DNA of 4,513 nucleotides from a virus (Duplodnaviria; Heunggongvirae; Uroviricota; Caudoviricetes): IMG/VR virus record IMGVR_UViG_2706794687_000010; one strand, 5' to 3'. Shown piece by piece: positions 1 to 4,513 of this stretch (position 1 is its first letter; each line of letters starts with the position of its first letter). The notes under the pieces were generated by a model. It saw only the letters and a program-made list of their open reading frames with translations, ran no database searches and was not told where the DNA came from. The position numbers and the translations under genes were made by a program.

Positions 1-214
1 AGTTAAGAGTGTGTTCCCGGGGTTTGCTTAGAATATTTTGTAAGTTGTCCGAAGAGATATTTACAACACCAGAATGATGAATCATCAGTCCCCTGCCAGA
101 GGTTCACTACGTAACCTGACCGACAATGCACCATTCTGGTGCTGAAAAAAGAGCACTGGAACTGCAACAAAACAACATCACAGAACAGGAGATGGTAAGG
201 AGTCAGACATTCCC

Positions 215-228
215 ACACAATATTGTGT
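215..228. repeat. 14-bp perfect palindrome ACACAATATTGTGT, candidate operator or RNA hairpin
   Basis: Read directly: positions 215-228 are self-complementary across all 14 bp. It lies about 35 bp downstream (minus-strand sense) of the tRNA-Gly 3' end, in a region with no convincing ORF. Confidence 0.5.
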
Positions 229-262
229 CAGTGCAAATAACAACCTTCGTCTCAAATCTCGC

Positions 263-337
<75 letters not shown>

Positions 338-340
338 ATA

Positions 341-416
<76 letters not shown>

Positions 417-418
417 GC

Positions 419-495
419 TGGCCCACCACCGAGGACTCGAACCTCGCACCGTCAACTTAGAAGGTTGATGCTCTATCCGGATGAGCTAGTGGTGG
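419..495 (-). tRNA. tRNA-Arg, anticodon UCU (reads rare AGA/AGG codons); phage argN/argO-like
   Basis: The reverse complement is 77 nt, CCACCAC-TA-GCTC-ATCCGGATA-GAGC-A-TCAAC-CTTCTAA-GTTGA-CGGTG-CGAGG-TTCGAGT-CCTCG-GTGGTGG-G-CCA. The anticodon stem is a perfect 5 bp and the loop CUUCUAA gives UCU. The acceptor stem starts with an unusual C1:G72 pair. The sequence differs from host argU as I recall it. Confidence 0.75.
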
Positions 496-496
496 T

Positions 497-573
497 TGGT
501 GGCCCTTGCTGGACTTGAACCAGCGACCTGGCGATTATGAGTCGCTCGCTCTGACCAACTGAGCTAAAGGGCC
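497..573 (-). tRNA. tRNA-Ile2 (anticodon CAU, lysidine type); ileX/ileZ-like. Elongator Met cannot be excluded on anticodon alone
   Basis: The reverse complement is 77 nt, GGCCCTTTAGCTCAGTTGGTCAGAGCGAGCGACTCATAATCGCCAGGTCGCTGGTTCAAGTCCAGCAAGGGCCACCA. The anticodon loop is CUCAUAA. The T-arm and acceptor closely resemble E. coli ileX as recalled. Confidence 0.82.
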
Positions 574-582
574 GGAGGCAGA

Positions 583-611
583 ATAATAACCATATGTCAT
601 CACATCTGCAA
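583..611 (-). promoter_or_regulatory. candidate sigma70 promoter for the tRNA array (-35 TTGCAG, 17-bp spacer, -10 TATTAT)
   Basis: Minus-strand reading gives TTGCAG (606-611), a 17-nt spacer and TATTAT (583-588). The predicted start is a few nt upstream of the mature 5' end of tRNA-Ile2 at 573. Confidence 0.45.
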
Positions 612-661
612 ACTCATCTGACCACCAGCACGTTTAACGTCCTGTGCCGTTTTTCAGGTAT

Positions 662-687
662 AAAAAAACCCGCTCATCGGCGGGTTT
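662..687 (-). terminator. rho-independent terminator downstream of the ORF6N gene
   Basis: Minus-strand RNA forms ACCCGC-CGAUGA-GCGGGU (6-bp GC-rich stem) followed directly by UUUUUUUA. On the plus strand the hairpin is followed by only UUUAAG, so it is effectively unidirectional. It lies about 75 nt after the stop codon at 763-765. Confidence 0.7.
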
Positions 688-731
688 AAGCTGTGTGGCG
701 TAGTAACCACTCTTAACAGGATATTCAACTT

Positions 732-745
732 TTTACGATCGTAAA
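732..745. repeat. 14-bp perfect palindrome TTTACGATCGTAAA with a central GATC (Dam site)
   Basis: Read directly: positions 732-745 are self-complementary. It sits in the 3' UTR of the ORF6N gene, between the stop codon and the terminator. Confidence 0.5.
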
Positions 746-762
746 GTTTTCGGAAAAAATTT

Positions 763-1326
763 TTAAAACCGCATCAACCGCTCCACCAGTTGCTCTTTAC
801 GGGCAACGATCCACCCGTGTTGCTCCAGATAAAATTTAAACCGTTCCAGAGTACATACCATCGCATCGGCGGGTACCTTTTCCGTGAACTCAACCTGACC
901 GTGTTTATCGAAGTGGCTCAGTAATGCGCATCCATCATTTTCGATAGATGTGTTTTGTGCCGCTGGTGGCTGTTTCTGGTTGAAATAACAGTCTTCCAGT
1001 TTTTCGAACACTTCCCACGCCTGATCGGTTTCGAGCATTTTGGCGTGACGGGCTGCGCCACGTTCTGTCCAGAGGATGAGGGAGCGAACGTTACGGGCAA
1101 TTTTCACAGAAACTCTTAAAGAGTTTTCGTTCTTCAACTCTCGTAACGCATCACCTTCTATCAGGAAAAAATGTTTACCTTCTATAAACCGTTCTTTGTT
1201 TCGATTGAAATTGTTTGTCAAACGCTGGCGCTCTGTTCCGTACAAATCAGCCAGCAGCTCTGTTGTCATGACAGGAAGATGGTTATGCGTAAGTGACGGG
1301 AGTTTTTCAATAGACGTGCGATTCAT
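763..1326 (-). CDS. ORF6N-domain protein (phage antirepressor-like, KilA-N/Bro-N superfamily, N-terminal DNA-binding domain plus a ~70-aa C-terminal region), 187 aa
   Basis: An open frame runs 763-1524 on the minus strand. The chosen start is the ATG at 1326 (MNRTSIEKLP...), which has AAAGGA about 7 nt upstream; an alternative ATG is at 1332. The segment TTELLADLYGTERQRLTNNFNRNKERFIEGKHFFLIEGDALRELK...LILWTERGAARHAKMLETDQAWEV matches my recollection of the ORF6N domain signature. The stop is TAA at 763-765. Confidence 0.8.
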   Translation of the reverse strand: MNRTSIEKLPSLTHNHLPVMTTELLADLYGTERQRLTNNFNRNKERFIEGKHFFLIEGDALRELKNENSLRVSVKIARNVRSLILWTERGAARHAKMLETDQAWEVFEKLEDCYFNQKQPPAAQNTSIENDGCALLSHFDKHGQVEFTEKVPADAMVCTLERFKFYLEQHGWIVARKEQLVERLMRF

Positions 1327-1469
1327 AGACATGTCCTTTCGAATATTTTGATTTACCCCTTTTGAGAGGGTGACCGGGCGCTCAAAACCGTCGAAAGTCG
1401 GCGGGCGTATTTCCATTGCTGGTATTGTATTAGCCGCACACCCGGTCATAAACCAAGAATTCTGGACAC

Positions 1470-1497
1470 AAAAAAACCACATGGCTATCGGGTGTGG
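1470..1497 (-). terminator. weak terminator-like or attenuator-like hairpin plus U7 in the ORF6N leader
   Basis: Minus-strand RNA pairs CCACA (1493-1497) with UGUGG (1477-1481) around an 11-nt loop, followed by UUUUUUU (1470-1476). The stem is short and the loop large, so efficiency would be low. It lies between the promoter at 1533-1561 and the ORF6N start. Confidence 0.3.
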
Positions 1498-1532
1498 ATA
1501 CCGCTTTCGAGGTGTTTTGAGCACCGCGGGGA

Positions 1533-1561
1533 AATGTAAACTGCAAACCTGAAACTGTCAA
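1533..1561 (-). promoter_or_regulatory. strong sigma70-like promoter (-35 TTGACA, 17-bp spacer, -10 TACATT) upstream of the ORF6N gene
   Basis: Minus-strand reading gives TTGACA (1556-1561), a 17-nt spacer and TACATT (1533-1538). The -35 is a perfect consensus. The predicted start is near 1526, about 200 nt upstream of the ORF6N start codon. Confidence 0.5.
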
Positions 1562-1687
1562 CACCGTCAGGTTCCAATCATCGGGTGGTGAGACGCACAG
1601 GGTTGGAACTACCGGGAAACCGACCGGCGAGCTTTTCAGCTCCCCCATGCGCCCCACCATAATTCAGATGTGCGCGTGCATACGACA

Positions 1688-1713
1688 ATAAAAAACACGC
1701 TCGCGGCGTGTGT
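1688..1713 (-). terminator. intrinsic terminator, candidate tR' (the Q-dependent late terminator)
   Basis: Minus-strand RNA forms ACACGC-CGCGA-GCGUGU (6-bp stem, 5-nt loop) followed by a U-run (UUUUUUAU). It lies about 55-80 nt downstream of the predicted PR' start. Confidence 0.6.
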
Positions 1714-1772
1714 CTGTCGCGGTCTCTATCCGGGGTTCCAATCCCGACGCCAGATTTTGCTGGCGCGTGAGG

Positions 1773-1802
1773 AATATAGCCCCGGACAATGTGTCTGGTC
1801 AA
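1773..1802 (-). promoter_or_regulatory. candidate late promoter PR' directly after the Q stop codon (-35 TTGACC, 18-bp spacer, -10 TATATT)
   Basis: Minus-strand reading gives TAG (Q stop) GTGC TTGACC (1797-1802), an 18-nt spacer and TATATT (1773-1778). The position matches the lambdoid Q-PR'-tR' layout. Confidence 0.5.
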
Positions 1803-1806
1803 GCAC

Positions 1807-2193
1807 CTACATAATTCGTTCTACGTATCTGTCCATCTCCAGCCGGATATCAAGCATCATCAACATGCCATCAATAACCCCTTCCGCTTTCTGCAGGCGC
1901 TTGCCAATACAGGTATCCGAACACCCATGTTTCCGTGCCAGACTCATAAAAGTCATTCCACCTACGTAATAATCCACCAGCAAATCGTGCAAATCCTGAT
2001 TTTTCTTGTTCAACCGGGCCATACAGCCACAAATTATCATTGCATCATCATCAGAACACTGAGGGCGTGATTTCACTTTCGACGGAATTAACCCTTTAAA
2101 ACCAGCAGCGATCGACGCCCAGGATACATCTTCATGAGTGTTTGCAGCCCAAGCCCCCCACCGTTCCATAACCTGCTGAATATCACGCGCCAT
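1807..2193 (-). CDS. Q: late-gene antiterminator Q, small Q family (QuuD-like), 128 aa
   Basis: The minus-strand frame 1807-2214 contains [61 protein letters not shown]...[24 protein letters not shown]. This matches my recollection of the small Q antiterminators of E. coli cryptic prophages, including the Cys-rich zinc-binding motif. The start is placed at the ATG at 2193, which has AGGTGA 5 nt upstream; the alternative ATG at 2214 would add 7 aa. The stop is TAG at 1807-1809. Confidence 0.85.
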   Translation of the reverse strand: MARDIQQVMERWGAWAANTHEDVSWASIAAGFKGLIPSKVKSRPQCSDDDAMIICGCMARLNKKNQDLHDLLVDYYVGGMTFMSLARKHGCSDTCIGKRLQKAEGVIDGMLMMLDIRLEMDRYVERIM

Positions 2194-2259
2194 CGTTATC
2201 ACCTGTGATTTCATAAATCTTCACGCCCAGTCGCCCACCAGGAACGAGCTGACCGCGCA

Positions 2260-2300
2260 NNNNNNNNNNNNNNNNNNNNNNNNNNNNNNNNNNNNNNNNN
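2260..2300. other. assembly gap or masked bases (41 N)
   Basis: A run of N read directly. The true distance and content between the replication module and Q are unknown. Confidence 0.99.
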
Positions 2301-2338
2301 CACCGTCGGCGGATAAGGTAAAATAAACTCATGGCGCA

Positions 2339-2581
2339 TCAGCGCAGCACCTCCTGCACCATTTTTTCAAACTTTCCAACTTTGGTTTCCAGCTCTGCCA
2401 CACAATCAACGAGCTCATCCACCGCTTTTTGTGCGCGATGTTTCGCCTGCATCAGTTCCCTGAGCGCTGGCACCATATCCCGACGAATGGCATCTTTTGT
2501 TACACCTGTTTTTTCCAGTTGTTCCGCCTGTCGCAACATTTCCTGCGCGTGTTTACGCAATTGTTCAGAGGTAAAAGTCAT
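2339..2581 (-). CDS. hypothetical small protein, predicted coiled coil, 80 aa
   Basis: Minus-strand ATG at 2581 gives MTFTSEQLRKHAQEMLRQAEQLEKTGVTKDAIRRDMVPALRELMQAKHRAQKAVDELVDCVAELETKVGKFEKMVQEVLR, with a charged heptad-like composition. It begins 12 nt after the helicase stop codon. There is no strong Shine-Dalgarno sequence, and the ORF track's longer version starts at a TTG. Confidence 0.45.
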   Translation of the reverse strand: MTFTSEQLRKHAQEMLRQAEQLEKTGVTKDAIRRDMVPALRELMQAKHRAQKAVDELVDCVAELETKVGKFEKMVQEVLR

Positions 2582-2592
2582 TGTCTGGTTGT

Positions 2593-3984
2593 TCAAAAGA
2601 AACGCTCCATCTTACTGCTGTCGGTACGTGTATTGCTGTATCTGCGCGGCTGGGGCTGCCGCATTGGGGTGGAAAGAACCTGTGCGCTTTCCTGGTCCAC
2701 AGGCAGAAAATGTCCGTTATAAAAACGCCGGTAAATCGTCCCCAGAGAACCGTTACGTTGTTTCGTGATATTAATTTCTGCTATGCCTGTAGCCTGTGTA
2801 TCCGGGTTGTACACTTCATCCCTGTAAAGCATCAGAATGATGTCTGCATCCGCCTCTATTTCTCCGGAATTTTTCAGGTCTGAGTTCATGGGACGTTTAT
2901 TGGGTCTGGACTCCACACCGCGGGAGAGCTGGCTCAGCGCAATCAACGGAAAACCACCGGATTTTGCCAGGCCTTTAAGCCCCTTTGAGATTTCACCCAC
3001 GGCAAGGTCATGACGCCCCGTGGTTCGGGTTTTTATCAGCCCGAGATAATCAACCACCACCAGCGCCGTTTCCGGATGTTTAATCAGATGGTGTTTCGTT
3101 GTTGCGCATATCTCATCAATGGTCAGGTTCGCCTGGTCCACCATCCAGATATTGCGCCCGGTCATCCGCCCCACCCCTTGTGAGAAACGCGCCCAGTCTT
3201 CATCTTCAAAGTGAGCCACAGATTTCAGGCGTGATACTGGCATCCCTCCAGCCGCAGACACCATACGTTCACCAATCTGGATGTTCGCCATCTCCATGGT
3301 GAACAGAAGCACACCATGCCCCTGCTCAGTCACCTTGTCGATGATGTCCAGCGCAAGTTCGGTTTTCCCCATCGAAGGACGGGCGGCAATGAATACCAGG
3401 TCTCCGGGCTCCATACCGCCTGTTTTTGCGTCCAGTTCATCAATACCGGTCATCAACGTCCTGGATTTCTCCAGCCCCTGATTCCGGCATTCAACACGCT
3501 CAACCACTTCCGGAAGCACATCATCAATATGTACCGGCTGAATGACGCCCTTTCCTGTCGACAGTGTGACCATCATGTTCTGCGCATCCTTCAGGGCATC
3601 TTCAGCTGCTTCACAGGTATGCGCATCACGTAATTTCTGCAGCGCCTCATTCAGTGTTTTTTCTGCATCGCGCAGTGCGGCATTGCGCCGCAACGCTGCA
3701 ACATAGTGCTCCAGTGAAGACTTCACCCAGGTTTTACGCCCGGTATCAGTAATCACCGGGGCAAGTTCCGGCATCTCATTACACAACAGCACGGGGTCAA
3801 TCACTCCTGAAACACGGGCCTGTCTGCAGATGCCTGTGTAGATATCCCGATACGCTCGTACAGAAAAAATGTCCGCCGGTAGTGTGATCAGAATATCCAT
3901 CACTTCATGATCTGCCCCACGCAGAAAGAATGCGCCAATGACAGCGCCTTCCAGGTCATCATTACGCCAGACTGGTGTTGTCAT
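2593..3984 (-). CDS. replicative DNA helicase, DnaB family (phage-encoded, P22 gene 12 type), 463 aa
   Basis: The minus-strand start is the ATG at 3984 (MTTPVWRNDDLEGAVIGAFFL...), with GAGGTG about 8 nt upstream. Walker A is GDLVFIAARPSMGKTELALD and Walker B is LVVVDYLGLI. The C-terminal segment SDLKNSGEIEADADIILMLYRDEVY...ITKQRNGSLG is typical of DnaB. The stop is TGA at 2593-2595. Confidence 0.92.
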   Translation of the reverse strand: MTTPVWRNDDLEGAVIGAFFLRGADHEVMDILITLPADIFSVRAYRDIYTGICRQARVSGVIDPVLLCNEMPELAPVITDTGRKTWVKSSLEHYVAALRRNAALRDAEKTLNEALQKLRDAHTCEAAEDALKDAQNMMVTLSTGKGVIQPVHIDDVLPEVVERVECRNQGLEKSRTLMTGIDELDAKTGGMEPGDLVFIAARPSMGKTELALDIIDKVTEQGHGVLLFTMEMANIQIGERMVSAAGGMPVSRLKSVAHFEDEDWARFSQGVGRMTGRNIWMVDQANLTIDEICATTKHHLIKHPETALVVVDYLGLIKTRTTGRHDLAVGEISKGLKGLAKSGGFPLIALSQLSRGVESRPNKRPMNSDLKNSGEIEADADIILMLYRDEVYNPDTQATGIAEINITKQRNGSLGTIYRRFYNGHFLPVDQESAQVLSTPMRQPQPRRYSNTRTDSSKMERFF

Positions 3985-4088
3985 GCAGCCACACCTCTGA
4001 TACAAGAACGGTAGCTGGGCCAGTTGAACGACAACCAGTTGCGCCCCCCGTCTGTGATCCTGTCGGCAATGCGGGGGCTGATGAACGC
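3981..4088 (-). pseudogene. 3' remnant (35 codons) of a replication-initiator-like gene upstream of the helicase, truncated by IS2
   Basis: A minus-strand frame, ...AFISPRIADRITDGGRNWLSFNWPSYRSCIRGVAA-stop, ends in TGA that overlaps the helicase ATG (ATGA coupling). The frame enters the IS2 terminal repeat at 4089, so the 5' part of the gene is displaced or lost. Its identity as an O-like or primosomal initiator is inferred from position only. Confidence 0.4.
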
Positions 4089-4130
4089 TGGATTTGCCCC
4101 TATATTTCCAGACACCTGTTATCACTTAAC
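4089..4130. repeat. IS2 terminal inverted repeat (right end)
   Basis: The sequence matches the canonical IS2 end ...GGTTAAGTGATAACAGATGTCTGGAAATATAGGGGCAAATCCA in reverse complement. The adjacent outside bases AACGC (4084-4088) are the candidate 5-bp target-site duplication. Confidence 0.85.
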
Positions 4131-4513
4131 CCATTACTGGCTTGCTGCCGTAGATATTCCCGTGGCGAGCGATAACCCAGTGCACTATGCGGATGCCATT
4201 CGTTATAATGCTCGAACGCCTCTGCAAGGTTCTTTGCTGCCGTTAACCCGTCTGGTTTGGGCATGACACTGATGTAGTCACGCTTTATCGTTTTCACGAA
4301 GCTCTCTGCTATGCCGTTACTCTCCGGACTCCGCACCGCCGTGCTCTTCGGTTCAAGCCCCAACATCCGGGCAAACTGCCGTGTTTCATTAGCCCGGTAG
4401 CATGAACCATTATCCGTCAGCCACTCTACTGGAGACGCCGGAAGCTCGTTGCCGAAGCGGCGTTCCACCGCTCCCAGCATGACGTCCTGTACTGTTTCAC
4501 TGTTGAAGCCGCC
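4100..4513 (-). CDS. insD: IS2 transposase InsD (orfB), C-terminal part; 5' end lies outside the window
   Basis: Minus-strand translation gives ...[137 protein letters not shown]-stop. This is the IS3-family integrase core and C-terminus. It is in frame from position 4513. Confidence 0.93.
   Translation of the reverse strand, partial: GGFNSETVQDVMLGAVERRFGNELPASPVEWLTDNGSCYRANETRQFARMLGLEPKSTAVRSPESNGIAESFVKTIKRDYISVMPKPDGLTAAKNLAEAFEHYNEWHPHSALGYRSPREYLRQQASNGLSDNRCLEI

Larger units (their letters stand above)
4089..4513 (-). mobile_element. IS2 insertion sequence, partial (right end; continues beyond the window)
   Basis: Positions 4089-4131 read TGGATTTGCCCCTATATTTCCAGACACCTGTTATCACTTAACC, which matches the IS2 terminal inverted repeat as I recall it (about one mismatch). 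The interior encodes the InsD C-terminus. The element runs to the window edge. Confidence 0.95.

Noticed and set aside
3-218. 71-aa minus-strand ORF downstream of the tRNA array
   Set aside because: Its GTG start lies inside the palindrome, it has no Shine-Dalgarno sequence, and the product is Cys/Trp-rich and low-complexity (MWECLTPYHLLFCDVV...). It looks like noncoding sequence, though the region is kept as a finding for possible regulatory content.
1-262. Shiga toxin (stxA) or another toxin gene start downstream of the tRNAs
   Set aside because: No ORF with a plausible start and ribosome-binding site begins in this interval on the minus strand. Any cargo gene would lie beyond the window edge.
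918-1351. ORFs 1076..1351 (+) and 918..1100 (-) inside the ORF6N gene
   Set aside because: They are antisense or alternative-frame ORFs fully inside a well-supported CDS, with no start signals.
763-1524. Full 253-aa version of the ORF6N ORF starting at 1524
   Set aside because: The N-terminal 66 codons overlap the leader hairpin and U-run, have no Shine-Dalgarno sequence, and look non-protein-like. The ATG at 1326 (or 1332) with AAAGGA upstream is preferred.
1370-1802. ORFs 1370..1552 (+), 1430..1660 (-) and 1578..1802 (-) in the Q to ORF6N intergenic region
   Set aside because: They span the predicted promoters and terminators, lack ribosome-binding sites, and have non-protein-like composition. 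The region is better explained as regulatory.
1670-2070. Plus-strand ORFs 1670..1969 and 1789..2070
   Set aside because: They are antisense to the Q gene and the PR' region, with no support.
2331-2883. Plus-strand ORFs 2331..2768, 2429..2722 and 2581..2883
   Set aside because: They are antisense to the 80-aa ORF and the helicase 3' end, with Cys-rich low-complexity products.
3099-3633. Plus-strand ORFs 3099..3302, 3281..3481 and 3316..3633
   Set aside because: They are antisense to the DnaB-family helicase gene.
2593-4125. 510-aa version of the helicase ORF starting at a GTG at 4125
   Set aside because: The N-terminal 47 codons run across the IS2 terminal repeat and the junction and are not protein-like. 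The ATG at 3984 with a GAGGTG Shine-Dalgarno sequence is the real start.
3975-4266. Plus-strand ORFs 3975..4175 and 4024..4266 spanning the IS2 junction
   Set aside because: They are antisense to insD and to the truncated replication gene, and they cross the IS2 boundary.

Overview
This window is a fragment of a lambdoid prophage (E. coli/Shigella-like), with every gene on the minus strand, so the phage map reads right to left. Nothing here is an obviously novel multi-gene system; the most unusual part is the cargo position downstream of Q. All calls come from reading the sequence and from recalled family knowledge; no searches or folding were run. From high to low coordinates: a partial IS2 (4089-4513, insD 3' part) has inserted into a replication-initiator-like gene, leaving a 35-codon 3' remnant (3981-4088). 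That remnant overlaps by ATGA an intact DnaB-family helicase (2593-3984), followed by an 80-aa coiled-coil-like ORF (2339-2581). A 41-N assembly gap (2260-2300) probably hides the nin region. Then comes a small Q antiterminator (1807-2193), a PR'-like promoter at the Q stop codon (1773-1802) and an intrinsic terminator (1688-1713). A second strong sigma70-like promoter (1533-1561) precedes a ~200-nt leader and an ORF6N-domain antirepressor-like gene (763-1326), which ends at a strong intrinsic terminator (662-687). Downstream is a separately promoted phage tRNA array, Ile2(CAU)-Arg(UCU)-Thr(UGU)-Gly(UCC) (263-573), then ~260 bp with no convincing ORF that holds a 14-bp perfect palindrome. No stx, CRISPR or rRNA is present.
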